From positions 6,510,001-6,574,000 of the forward strand of contig CATNEN010000034.1 of NCBI GenBank assembly GCA_950097015.1: a DNA stretch of 64,000 nt. Direction: 5' to 3'. Within the stretch, counting starts at the first letter, position 1; the number at the start of each line of letters is the position of its first letter. Shown here in pieces: positions 1 to 12,139 of this stretch. Origin of the DNA: Macrostomum hystrix. Lineage: Eukaryota > Animalia > Platyhelminthes. The translations under genes were made by a program, and so were the position numbers. Below the pieces are notes generated by a model, which was not told the origin of the DNA, searched no databases, and was given only the letters and a program-made list of their open reading frames with translations.

Positions 1-38
1 TGGACTAGAGGGACTATTCGTCCACACTCTAGGCTACG

Positions 39-1107
39 AGTACAACCCGCTAGGCTACAACCCGCTAGGCTACAACCTGCAAGGCTACAACCCACTAGGC
101 TACAACCCACTAGGCTGCAACCCACTAGGCTACAACCCGCTAGGCTACAACCCACTAGGCTGCAACCCACTAGGCTACAACCCACTAGGCTACAACCCAC
201 TAAGCTACAACCCACTAGGCTGCAACCCACTAGGCTACAACCCACTAGGCTACAACCCACTAGGCTACAACCCACTAGGCTGCAACCCACTAGGCTACAA
301 CCCACTAGGCTTCAACCCACTAGGCTTCAACAAACTAGGCTACAACCCACTAATCTACAACCCACTAGGCTACAACCCACTAGGCTACAACCCACTAGGC
401 TACAACCCACTAGGCTACAACCCACTAGGCTACAACCCACTAGGCTGCAACCCACTAGGCTACAACCCACTAGGCTTCAACCCACTAGGCTTCAACAAAC
501 TAGGCTACAACCCACTAATCTACAACCCACTAGGCTGCAACCCACTAGGCTGCAACCCACTAGGCTACAACCCGCTAGGCTACAACCCACTAGGCTGCAA
601 CCCACTAGGCTACAACCCACTAGGCTACAACCCACTAAGCTACAACCCACTAGGCTGCAACCCACTAGGCTACAACCCACTAGGCTACAACCCACTAGGC
701 TACAACCCACTAGGCTGCAACCCACTAGGCTACAACCCACTAGGCTTCAACCCACTAGGCTTCAACAAACTAGGCTACAACCCACTAATCTACAACCCAC
801 TAGGCTACAACCCACTAGGCTACAACCCACTAGGCTACAACCCACTAGGCTACAACCCACTAGGCTACAACCCACTAGGCTGCAACCCACTAGGCTACAA
901 CCCACTAGGCTTCAACCCACTAGGCTTCAACAAACTAGGCTACAACCCACTAATCTACAACCCACTAGGCTGCAACCCACTAGGCTGCAACCCACTAGGC
1001 TACAACCCACTAGGCTACAACCCACTAGGCTGCAACCCACTAGGCTACAACCCACTAGGCTTCAACCCACTAGGCTTCAACAAACTAGGCTACAACCCAC
1101 TAGGCCA
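39..1107. repeat. 15-bp minisatellite (AACCCACTAGGCTAC)
   Basis: Directly visible tandem array; explains the CSLVG-repeat ORF 492..740. Confidence 0.98.
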
Positions 1108-1315
1108 CTAGAATAAAAACATTGCAGTCGATAATTCTGTACACTGCGCGCATAAATTGATAGTCTTCTGTTAACAGTTTGGCAATTTGTAACACTGGCG
1201 CAGAGCGGAAATGCCGCAATAAACCAGAAGTGTAAGCAGATCTGAGTGATATGGCATTGGGCAGCACAGTTTAAAGTAGAATTGCAGAGCCTTGAAGACT
1301 AAGCTGCATACAGGG

Positions 1316-1645
1316 GGTCGCTGGCAGAATGGTTATCGCGTTTTCCTCTCGCACCAAGGTCCCGAAGTTCGATTCCACGGCGAGGCCACATTTATTTAGG
1401 GCGCAGCCGCGGAGAGAAGGCTTGAGAGCTTGTCGTGCAATTTACGCCCTTGTGGGCCAACCTCCAAGGCACAGTGAAATGTACACTGCCTGACGATGAG
1501 AAAGTCAGGGCAGATGTACACACCTGTGTGAGCGTGTGCCTGCGTACAGTGTCTGTGTGCGTGTGTGCCCAGGAGTGAGCGAAATGGGCAGAATTGCCTC
1601 CTCGCTGGCTGCGGGTCTAGTGTCACTAAATGATGTGCCACTGCC
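1316..1645 (+). mobile_element. tRNA-derived SINE, family 1 copy a
   Basis: A-box-like TGGCAGAATGGTT and B-box-like GTTCGATTCC head. Body, including GCGAAATGGGCAGAATTGCCTCCTCGCTGGCTGCGGGTCTAG, is shared with 21850..22160 (+) and 37935..38200 (-). Boundaries approximate. Confidence 0.75.
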
Positions 1646-1720
1646 CCCAGCCCTCCTACAATTATTATTATTATTATTAAGCTGCATACATGTCAAACTT
1701 GTGACAACACAAGCCGAGTG

Positions 1721-3722
1721 ATGCAGCAGCAGCAGGACCAGCCTGAGGTGGAGGACCTGTCCGTATACAAGGCTCTATACGACCAGTTCCAAAGGGAGGT
1801 CTCCCAGGACAGGGTCGGCGACGTTCTGTCGCTGGGGGTGGAGCTTGACCCGGACGACGAGGCGTTGCTGGCCGGCATCCGCCGGCTGCCAGTTGGCAAT
1901 TTTGGCGACCAGGGCTTTGTACTGCGAGGCGTCCTCAGTGAAGGTAAGTTGCCCTTTTGGCGTATTAAGGAGCCGAGATAATCATTACGAGGCTTATTGA
2001 TAGTACTGAATTATCTTGCAATTTACGCATAAAATGATCGTCAAAGCTGTGCGAAAGTTAACTAGACCAGCGGTAAGAAACTTCAGCCAATGAGAGGCGA
2101 TGAAGGGGGGCAGGCTGTGCCAACGCGGCGTGGGGTTTGCCACATGTACATTCGAGCGTACAGCCTCTGGGGAAGAGAGTAAAGGATGCAAGCTAGTCAG
2201 CACTCGCCACGGCTAACAATCAACAGATGGGCCTGGCTGCTTATTAACTGTCTATTTATGGACAGTTATTTAAGTCTGTTTATTCCATCCCAACAGCTGA
2301 AATCCCCTTCTGGCTATCCAGGCGAGTGCCAACGCCTGGTGGCCGCTGCGGAAGCCTCCGGCGGTCTGGCTCCCGCCCCGGGCTTCTCCCAGGACTACCG
2401 CAGCTGCCACCGGGTTGTACTGCACGAACCCGACCTGGCCAAGCGCCTGTACCGCCGTATACTGCCCCACCTACCGCAGCGGCTGACTTTCAAGGCTGGC
2501 GAAGACCCCGTGGCCACTCAGCACGTCTTCGGACCGCGCAAACTGCTTGAGGGCGACTGGCAGCCCAGCTGCCTGAACCCCGTGCTGCGCCTCTGCCGCT
2601 ACCAGCCCGGTCAGCACTTCGCACCACACTACGACGGCCTCCTCGTGCACGACGATAACAACAGGTGACTGACCCTGTGCGACAATCCCGACCGATTGAT
2701 TCCAATCCTGACCCACTAATTCCAATCCTGACCAACTGATTCCAATCCTGACCCACTGATTCCAATCCTGACCCACTGATTCCAATCCTGACCCACTGAT
2801 TCCAATCCTGACCGACTGATTCCAATCCTGACCGACTGATTCCAATCCTGACCGACTGATTCCAATCCTGACCGACTGATACCAATCCTGACCGACTGAT
2901 TCCAATCCTGACCGACTGATTCCAATCCTGACCGACTGATACCAATCCTGACCCACTGATTCCAATCCTGACCGACTGATTCCAATCCTGACCCACTGAT
3001 TCCAATCCTGACCCACTGATTCCAATCCTGACCGACTGATTCCAATCCTGACCGACTGATTCCAATCCTGACCGACTGATTCCAATCCTGACCGACTGAT
3101 ATCAATTTTGATTGATGCCTCGGGGATGACTACATGTAGCATTAAAAAATCTCAGACTTGCCATTCTGCCCGCGCAGGTCCATGCAGACCTTCATGGTGT
3201 ACCTTACCGACAATCCGCCGAGTGACGGCGGCGCCACCAACTTCCTGGCTGGCGCGCTTTCAAAGGCGTCTTTTGTAGCTTCTCCATTGCCAGCTGCTTC
3301 AGGCGGCGAACAGCAGAGGCCGCGCCTGACGGCCGACCCGTCCAACATCATCTGCCAGGTGCACCCGGAGCGAGGAGCTGCTCTGGTCTTCAATCACCGC
3401 CGGCTACACGAAGGTGAACCGCTGGCTGCCGGGGTGAAGTACATCCTGCGCAGCGACGTCATGTACAGGTAGGGGATTTAGTATACTGGTAGGAGGATTA
3501 AATGCACTGTTATGTTCAGTGTGTAGATCACAACTATTAAAGTTTGCACATAAGTGGAGAGATATGTTGAGCTGCTGGATCGCTCAATAAAATCCCACCG
3601 TCTTGACCCGCAGGCGCGTGTCGGCTCCGGTTCAAGAAGTTTCTGATAACAGCCGTCAGCTCCCGCAGCCCAGCCAACGGCGCAGCTGGGTCTGCGGGCC
3701 GAAGGGCTGCTGTGCGCTCTGA
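1721..3722 (+). CDS. 2OG-Fe(II) oxygenase, prolyl-4-hydroxylase-like, with C-terminal CaaX; exons 1721-1943, 2322-2664, 3178-3468, 3614-3722
   Basis: GT/AG junctions keep the frame (SE|GEC, NN|RSM, MY|RRV). Motifs: HxD (FAPHYDG), distal His (FNHRRLHEG), 2OG-binding Arg (KYILRSDVMY). Spliced C-terminus is ...CGPKGCCAL*. An additional 5' exon cannot be excluded. Confidence 0.88.
2692..3101. repeat. 20-bp intronic minisatellite (GATTCCAATCCTGACCSACT)
   Basis: Fills intron 2665-3177 of the oxygenase gene. Confidence 0.97.
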
Positions 3723-3732
3723 AAAACCGGAT

Positions 3733-4341
3733 TGGCTAGACATTCAATAATCACTGGCTAGACATTCAATAACCACTGGCTAGACATTCAATAATCACTG
3801 GCTAGACATTCAATAACCACTGGCTAGACATTCAATAATCACTGGCTAGACATTCAATAACCACTGGCTAGACATTCAATAATCACTGGCTAGACATTCA
3901 ATAACCACTGGCTAGACATTCAATAATCACTGGCTAGACATTCAATAATCACTGGCTAGACATTCAATAACCACTGGCTAGACATTCAATAATCACTGGC
4001 TAGACATTCAATAATTACTGGCTAGGCATTCAATAATCACTGGCTAGACATTCAATAATCACTGGCTAGACATTCAATAATCACTGGCTAGACATTCAAT
4101 AATCACTGGCTAGACATTCAATAATCACTGGCTAGGCATTCAATAATCACTGGCTAGACATTCAATAATCACTGTCTAGACATTCAATAATGACTGGCTA
4201 GACATTCAATAACCACTGGCTAGGCATTCAATAACCACTGGCTAGACATTCAATAATCACTTGCTAGACATTCAATAATCACTGGCTAGACATTCAATAA
4301 TCACTGGCTAGACATTCAATAATCACTGGCTAGACATTCAA
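3733..4341. repeat. 22-bp minisatellite (CTGGCTAGACATTCAATAATCA)
   Basis: Tandem array starting about 10 nt after the oxygenase stop codon. Confidence 0.97.
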
Positions 4342-4496
4342 TCGATCATACATCAGTCTCTGAGAAGTGACATATTTTTCCACCAATATATATATTAAAC
4401 CAAATGTCTACTTTTTGACACGATTTCTCTTAGCATTTCACAATATAAAAAACTCGAAATTAAAGCAACTATTCTTTATTACTCTCTTTCCATTTG

Positions 4497-5050
4497 TGTG
4501 ATCAATTCAGAGATAGCTACCTGTATGACCAATTCAGAGATGGCAACTAGCTGTATGACCAATTCAGAGATGGCAACTAGCTGTATGACCAATTCAGAGA
4601 TGGCAACTAGCTGTATGACCAATTCAGAGATGGCAACTAGCTGTATGACCAATTCAGAGATGGCAACTAGCTGTATGACCAATTCAGAGATGCCAACTAC
4701 CTGTATGATCAATTCAGAAATGGCAACTAGCTGTATGACCAATTCAGAGATGGCAACTAGCTGTATGACCAATTCAGAGATGGCAACTAGCTGTATGACC
4801 AATTCAGAGATGGCAACTAGCTGTATGACCAATTCAGAAATGGCAACTAGCTGTATGACCAATTCAGAGATGCCAACTACCTGTATGATCAATTCAGAGA
4901 TGGCAACTAGCTGTATGACCAATTCAGAGATGGAAACAAGCTGTATGACCAATTCAGAGACGGCAACTAGCTGTATGACCAATTCAGAGATTGCAACTAG
5001 CTGTATGACCAATTCAGAGATGGCAACTAGCTGTATGACCAATTCAGAGA
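4497..5050. repeat. 30-bp minisatellite (ATGACCAATTCAGAGATGGCAACTAGCTGT)
   Basis: Tandem array; source of the MTNSEMATSC and VIQLVAISEL repeat ORFs. Confidence 0.97.
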
Positions 5051-5463
5051 AATTATTGAGCCTCCACTGGCATGACTGATATGGTGATAATCAGGCTTAA
5101 GTGCAAAACAACTTTGTAAACTCAATTCATGACCAAATTTAGCATTGCTACCACCAGTATGTCAGCTGATATAGAGCTAGGTATTGTTCAAGTTAAGTAA
5201 TCAATTTATACTTTGTCACTTAAAAAATGCTTTCAAAACTGGCTTGCAGTTTACTCTGCACTGTAGTGTGCTCAGCTCTGTGGACTCTGGACTCAGCTCT
5301 CGTATGAGCAGTTAAAACACTCGGCCAGCCCACACTAGAGTTCACCTTTTATTTCAAACGAGTCACTCGCATTGGACCTGCGCCACTGGCCTGAGATTGT
5401 GGACAAGGGAAGCAAAACTTCAGCTTCAGTTCAGTCGATACCTCGGCCGATTCCTCAGCCGCG

Positions 5464-7244
5464 ATGACCGGCAAGATCACTGAGTCTGCTCAGCCGGGTG
5501 AGGACCAACCGGTTCTGCTCTCCACTCGGTCAGGACTCCGTCTGAGAATGAGGCTACTCAGCCCCGATGAGGCTGAGCGCTACTTCTGGGTGGCCCTCAT
5601 GCCCTACTCGTGGACCAATAGGCGCTACGCTGAGATCATTGCCACCTGCTGGCCGGTGAGTACACTGGCGGAGTACAAATTGTAGCCTGCTAGGGTACTT
5701 GGCCAATGCTGTATGTGTACACTGGGTGCGCTTTATCGGCAGGGAAACTGTTTTTAGGCTGCTAAGAATTTGCTATTAGACAACTGTGTGCAGACAGGTA
5801 GGGAGACAGGTAGGCAGGTGAGCAGGCAGATGAGCAGGCAAGTGAGCAGGCAAGTGCGCAGGCAGGCAGGCTGCAGGTGAGCAGGCAGGCGGGCTTGCAG
5901 GTGAGCAGGCAGGCGGGCTTGCAGGTGAGCAGGCAGGCGGGCTTGCAGGTGAGCAGGCAGGTGAGCAGGCAGGCGGGCTTGCAGGTGAGCAGGCAGGTGA
6001 GCAGGCAGGCGGGCTTGCAGGTGAGCAGGCAGGTGAGCAGGCAGGCGGGCTTGCAGGTGAGCAGGCAGGTGAGCAGGCAGGCGGGCTTGCAGGTGAGCAG
6101 GCAGGTGAGCAGGCAGGCGGGCTTGCAGGTGAGCAGGCAGGTGAGCAGGCAGGCGGGCTTGTAGGTGAGCAGGCAGGCGGGCTTGCAGGTGAGCAGGCAG
6201 GTGAGCAGGCAGGCGGGCTTGCAGGTGAGCAGGCAGGCGGGCTTGCAGGTGAGCTCACTCATCCCGGCTGAGCCCCGCCAACCGCCCAGACTCGCATCGC
6301 CTGCGCATGCGTCTCCGTGGTGGCTGCCTGGCGCTGTCGGCCCGCCTGGCCTTGGCTCCTGGCCTGCGCGCTGACGCCCCCGACGCTGCTGCACAGCCTT
6401 CGGCTGCTGCTATGGCTGATCAGCACTCGCCGGCTGCCCGACTACGCCGACTTTGTCGGCTTCTGGTGCGGCCAAGGCTCCAACAGACTCTACGGAGTCT
6501 TCCTGGAGGACTGCGAGGGTGAGTCTGGAAACCCTGCCCGCGTAGGTCCGATTCCTGGCGTACCCAATGCCTGGATCCCATCGTGTCAGTCGAAATCTCA
6601 TAAGATATTGAGATCCCATTATCTATAGAGATCCCAATATTTATAAAAATCGCATTCTCTATGAAGATCCCATTCTCTATCAAGGTCTTTTTAGCTATTA
6701 AGATCCCCCCTTATCCATTAAGATCCCATTATCCATTAAGATCCCCCTTATCCATTAAGATCCCATTATCCATTAAGATCCCATTATCCATTAAGATCCC
6801 ATTATCCATTAAGATCCCATTATCCATTAAGATCCCATTATCCATTAAGATCCCATTATCCATTAAGATCCCATTATCCATTATGATCCCATTCTCCCAA
6901 TTCCCGCACTCCCAGCAGCCGCCGCCTCGCCGCCGCAGCTGATCGGCACGGTGGCCAGCCTGCATCTGGACGAAGGCACCTGCGAGCTGCAGCGACTCGC
7001 CGTGCTGCCCGGCCACCGCGGCCACGGCGTGGGCGAATCAGTCTGCCGCCGCCTGATGCGCCTCTGCGCCAGTCGCGGCTATCGCCGAATGCAGCTGGGC
7101 ACCACAGAGCTGCAGCGGTTCGCCATCGACATCTACGAGAAGCTGGGCTTCGTCCGCACCGGCCAGTTCCGCTCCATCATCCTGCCTGGCATCCCCATCT
7201 ACCGCTACGAGGCCCAGCTGCCAGCGACCGACGGGCTCGACTGA
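5464..7244 (+). CDS. GNAT N-acetyltransferase with hydrophobic segment (NAT8/camello-like); exons 5464-5655, 6290-6518, 6916-7244
   Basis: GTGAGT donors at 5656 and 6519 with frame-compatible acceptors. Acetyl-CoA motif A LAVLPGHRGHGVG and GTTELQRFAIDIYEKLGF. Hydrophobic stretch in exon 2 as in the NAT8 family. Confidence 0.85.
5795..6255. repeat. Intronic minisatellite of 12-bp subunits (GCAGGTGAGCAG / GCAGGCGGGCTT)
   Basis: Fills GNAT intron 1. Confidence 0.96.
6700..6895. repeat. 18-bp intronic minisatellite (ATTATCCATTAAGATCCC)
   Basis: In GNAT intron 2. Confidence 0.95.
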
Positions 7245-7329
7245 GTCCTGCTGCCGGCATGCACTGCGTGCTTACTCATAGTAGTATAGTAGGACATATA
7301 CTATGTCTATGTCTTGGTTTTCATAGTTG

Positions 7330-7580
7330 CACTACTAGAAGATGAAGAACAGGACACCTAGTTTCTTGGAAAAATTATTAAAAGGCAGATTTTCACGGAA
7401 AAATACATTAGCGAGATAGGGACTTTTCATTTTTAACTTTATTACTTTTTACTGGAAGCATATTTAATGCCGTTCGTTTAATATATCTTGAAAACCGTGT
7501 TGCATTCCGTGTTGCTTGAACGAATTTTAGAAAGTTTCATTCATAAATAACTGGTCTTGATTTTATTTTCGTTTATTTCA
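7330..7580 (+). mobile_element. Fragment of the non-autonomous DNA element also seen at 10685..11076
   Basis: Shares GTTTCTTGGAAAA...AGCGAGATAGG.ACTTTTCA and TTCGTTTATTT with 10695-10890; its first ~70 nt match the reverse complement of 11000-11068. Confidence 0.55.
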
Positions 7581-7582
7581 AT

Positions 7583-8195
7583 AGAGATCTCATAGTCGCT
7601 CATTAGAGATCTCATAGTCGCTCATTAGAGATCTCATAGTTACTCATTAGAGATCTCATAGTCACTCATTAGAGATCTCATAGTCACTCATTAGAGATAT
7701 TATAGTCACTCATTAGAGATCTTATAGTCACTCATTAGAGATCTCATAGTTACTCATTAGAGATCTCATAGTCGCTCAATAGAGATTTCATAGTTACTCA
7801 TTAGAGATCTCATAGTCGCTCAATAGAGATCTCATAGTTACTCAATAGAGATCTCATAGTCGCTCAATAGAGATTTCATAGTTACTCAATAGAGATCTCA
7901 TAGTCGCTCAATAGAGATTTCATAGTCACTCATTAGAGATCTCATAGTCGCTCAATAGAGATCTCATAGTTACTCATTAGAGATCTCATAGTCACTCATT
8001 AGAGATCTCATAGTCACTCATTAGAGATCTCATAGTCGCTCAATAGAGATCTCATAGTTACTCATTAGAGATCTCATAGTAACTCATTAGAGATCTCATA
8101 GTTACTCATAGAGATCTCATAGTAACTCATTAGAGATCTCATAGTCACTCATTAGAGACCTCATAGTCGCTCATTAGAGATCTCATAGTCGCTCA
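7583..8195. repeat. 22-bp minisatellite (TAGAGATCTCATAGTCACTCAT)
   Basis: Tandem array. Confidence 0.97.
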
Positions 8196-8439
8196 ATAAT
8201 CTGCATATAATCTGCTTGCCACACCTGAAGTTTGGATTTCCTGACAGGTGAGGCTGGGGTCAGTTCCACATGTCTTTTGTAGCAGTGAGTTCACAATACT
8301 TTCTTAGAATAGACTTGCTGCTCACCTTCAAGACTGAAATCCTTCACGTGTGGAACAAACATGAACTGACTGCATCAAACTGCATCCAATCTTCATCTCA
8401 GCTGCCCCCGAAAGCTAAATATGAATTCACTGATCCCTG

Positions 8440-9157
8440 ATGTGAGTGATCTGAGTGATCTGATCTGAGTGATCTGAGTGATCTGATCTGAGTGATCTGA
8501 GTGATCTGATCTCAGTGATGTGAGCGATCTGATCTCAGTGATCTCAGTGATCTGATGGGAGTGGTCTGATCTGAGTAATCTGAGTGATCTGGTTTGAGTG
8601 ATCTGAGTGATTTGAGTGGTCTGTGATCTGGTTTGAGTGATCTGAGTGATCTGAGTGATCTGAGTGATCTGGTTTGAGTGATCTGAGTGATCTGAGTGAT
8701 CTGGTTTGAGTGATCTGAGTAATCTGAGTGATCTGGTTTGAGTGATCTGAGTGATCTGAGTGATCTGGTTTGAGTGATCTGAGTGATCTGAGTGATCTGG
8801 TTTGAGTGATCTGAGTGATCTGGTTTGAGTGATCTGAGTGATTTGAGTGGTCTGTGATCTGGTTTGAGTGATCTGAGTGATCTGAGTGATCTGAGTGATC
8901 TGGTTTGAGTGATCTGAGTGATCTGAGTGATCTGGTTTGAGTGATCTGAGTGATCTGAGTGATCTGGTTTGAGTGATCTGAGTGATATGATTTGAGTGAT
9001 CTGAGTGATATGATTTGAGTGATCTGAGTGATATGATTTGAGTGATCTGAGTGATATGATTTGAGTGATCTGAGTGATATGATTTGAGTGATCTGAGTGA
9101 TATGATTTGAGTGATCTGAGTGATATGATTTGAGTGATCTGAGTGATCTGAGTGATT
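8440..9157. repeat. 9-bp-based composite minisatellite (GAGTGATCT with GGTTT / GATATGATTT spacers)
   Basis: Tandem array with block structure; source of the two repeat ORFs at 8393..9248. Confidence 0.96.
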
Positions 9158-9568
9158 TGCTGCCCGTGAGATCAATAGTCTTGCATTTTCTGAGGTGTAA
9201 AAAGCTGTCTAATTTGGCTCTCTTGTGTTTTTCATAAAGTGCAATCACAGCGGAGGTAAATGTATAAGTTATTTCCGTTTATTTATTTCTTTGGTCTGAA
9301 TTAATGGAAGAAAAAGCGAATCCGAGGCATGGAGGAAAGAATAGAATTCTATTCTTTCATGAATGTAAATTACGTGTATTATATGTTTATAGATATTGAC
9401 AACGACATTGGCGAGCTGAATATCTAAAATATGGTTTCATTCCAGCAAAAACCATGCTGATGTACGTATATAGAAGGGTCGCGGTATGAAGATTCCGTGG
9501 GGAGACCGCGGCAATTCCACGGTCCCTCCTCGAACGTCAAGCCTTCGCTAAAGTCCTGGTCAACTGAT

Positions 9569-10432
9569 ATGAAAACTATTTTCAACCATTGCATTATATT
9601 CATACGAGAGCTTCGAAAGACACTGCACTGCTTTCTAGTACTAAGGATGCAGCAAGCGGACATCACAAAAGATAAGTTTATCGATACAGTGAAAGACCGC
9701 ATTGGACAACAGGAGCTTGAAAGCTTGCGACAGTTGAAGCCATACTACTGCATCATGCGAGTTCTCCTGGTGCTGTGGTCCACAGACAGAAGGAACCTAG
9801 CTGAGAGTGAGCTGCAGAAGCTGCGCCATTCCCAGTCGGGCAGCGCTGTGGATGTTCACGAATTCACTTGGCTATTGTGGCACGAGTTGCATGTGAAGAC
9901 ATACTACGATTACGTAGGGCGCCACAAGTTTTACGTGAAGCGCTGCTACCAAATATTTAACAGTACGATAGTGACTAGAGTGAAGCCAGTCTTGCTGTCC
10001 GAAGGTCGATTGTCAAAGGAAATAGAGCCGACGAGGGACCCGACCGATCAGCAGATCGATTGTCACGACGACAGCAAGTACAGCTTCGAAGAGACTGTCA
10101 CCTATGCTCAGCGCTGGTTTCCGGACGAATGTCTAGGCCCATCAGACGAGCAGGCCTGGCAGAGAGGCCTGTGGCGGCACTACTGCTCAAATGAGCACCA
10201 CCCGCAGTTCTGGCGGGGTCGGGCCATGGCGTGGCGCAATCTAGTCGAGGCAGTCTATGACATGGCGGCGATGGAACTGGAGCGAAGGTTCGCCGGAGCA
10301 GTGCCGGATGATGTCAGTCGTCTTTTGGAGTTCGAGCTGGTGCATTTGGAACGATTTCGCGACACTGGCCAGTATGAGCTGATGCAACGGCTTCTGGTCA
10401 TCACCATAGAACAGGTGCGCCTGGCGAATTAA
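9569..10432 (+). CDS. Intronless DUF5662-like HD-superfamily protein (putative metal-dependent phosphohydrolase)
   Basis: Open frame 9497..10432 with first ATG at 9569. Motifs RHKFYV, CHDDSKYSFEE..TY, AW...RHYCSNEHHPQFW and LVEAVYDMAA follow the DUF5662 pattern as I recall it. AATAAA at 10449-10454. Confidence 0.72.
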   Translation: MKTIFNHCIIFIRELRKTLHCFLVLRMQQADITKDKFIDTVKDRIGQQELESLRQLKPYYCIMRVLLVLWSTDRRNLAESELQKLRHSQSGSAVDVHEFTWLLWHELHVKTYYDYVGRHKFYVKRCYQIFNSTIVTRVKPVLLSEGRLSKEIEPTRDPTDQQIDCHDDSKYSFEETVTYAQRWFPDECLGPSDEQAWQRGLWRHYCSNEHHPQFWRGRAMAWRNLVEAVYDMAAMELERRFAGAVPDDVSRLLEFELVHLERFRDTGQYELMQRLLVITIEQVRLAN

Positions 10433-10684
10433 AGTGGGTGCACTTCAAAATAAAACTTACGACAACTTTGCCGCACTCGTCATGCCCATTTGAACTATGC
10501 AGTATACCATGCAGCTAAGACCGATGTCTGTATATACAGTCAGTTTAAGTCAAATGAAAGCTATATGAAAATATATAATTAGTATGCGTTGCATCTGTCT
10601 TATTGTAAATCCTTTCGTCAACATTGGCATAATCTTAATACACGTAAGTTTGATGTAAATCCATTGATCAACCCCTTTACGTAC

Positions 10685-11076
10685 CAATTAGGACCACTAT
10701 AGAAGAGAATGGACGGCCGACACTTCGTTTCTTGGAAAATTCATATAGCGAGATAGGAACTTTTCACTTTTTACATTACATTTTTATAAATTTTTATGGG
10801 TAACAAAACCCAATGCTGTTCTTTTAATTTATCTTGTTGTTTTTTTCATAAATAGTTGATCTTCATTTCATCTTCGTTTATTTATCATGAAGCACGCATA
10901 GCAACCAATTAGACATAAAATTTGCCTATATAGCTTGGATTTTTTAAGTGACTGTATAACCCTGAGTTGACTTTTGACTATAGCACAGCTAATTGTAAAA
11001 ACACTAGAAAATCTGCCTTTAATAATTTTTCAAGAAACGAGGTATCCTGTCCTTCCATATGCAGTGGTCCTGATTG
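10685..11076. mobile_element. MITE-like element with imperfect terminal inverted repeats
   Basis: CAATTAGGACCACT...GTTTCTTGGAAAATT at the left end versus reverse complement CAATCAGGACCACT...GTTTCTTGAAAAATT at the right end. Confidence 0.6.
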
Positions 11077-12139
11077 TTCCGCAGTTACATAATTGTAAAC
11101 GAGTAAATTTACAGTAGACTAGACTATTTTGCCTTCAATACAAGTGCAATGGGGTTATGAATTTCACACCTTGGCGAATCGTCATCGTCATAGTCGATTT
11201 CGACCTTTTCGAGAAACATTCAACTCCAATTAGTTATTTTTTAAATGGTGTCCCGGTTATTAAGCGAAGCCACGTCTCGTGCCTACATGTCTACATAGAC
11301 ATTATGTATATCGCTACTACAGCATGTAATCCACCCATATTTACTGCTGTCATTTGTTTATTTCATCCATGAAGGCTTGGGTAAAATTTGAAGAGGCTCA
11401 AAAGACATACAGAACATCACAAAGATAATGTTCATGATTGATCCTAACAACTTACTTCAAAATGTCTGTCTCATCTAATTTCGACTAAAAAGAGAGTTTC
11501 GTTTACTTTGTTATTCAGCCATTTCAAAATCCTAGCCTCGCCACTGCTCCAGTGGTCCGTGCATTATACATCGGTTATGTATTACAGAAAATACATGTTT
11601 TTTTTGAAAAAAAAACCTAACAGCAATTTTTTATAGCCAACTCTGGCAATGATAGTTGATTGAAAGAAAATTACTGACGTATAAAAATCACTTTGCATCT
11701 GAATGAAGCAGAAATTGATGAGTCACAAATTTTTTTAAAGCTTTGATTCACTAATGAAATTTTATTTAAATAACAAATAAATAACAATTATAATATTCGA
11801 TGACCAAAAGATTAAGAAAAAAGCAGGAACAGTCTTCAGTAGTCAATCAAGCGTTTTTATTGCATGACCAAAGGTTGCCAGACAACAATAAAGCGACTAA
11901 AAACACGAGTAACTTGCTTTGTTATATTATCTGTTGGCGCCAATTCAAACTGATGGACATTTATCACATCTAATCATCTATCCGATTATGCTTAATTAAT
12001 AAAATGTCGTAGGGAATCAGAGACCACATCTGAAAATTGATAAATGAACTTACTAAGAAGTTATAAATTAGAGTAGAGCAGATACGTGGAATTAGTGTAA
12101 GAGTCAAAGTGGCGTTTCTTGAAAATAAGATCGTGTCCT

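Noticed and set aside
11100-12100. Short ORFs in AT-rich intergenic or intronic DNA (e.g. 11157..11372, 15541..15732, 27284..27622, 51985..52278, 57614..57796)
   Set aside because: No motifs, AT-rich composition unlike the real exons, and no splice support.
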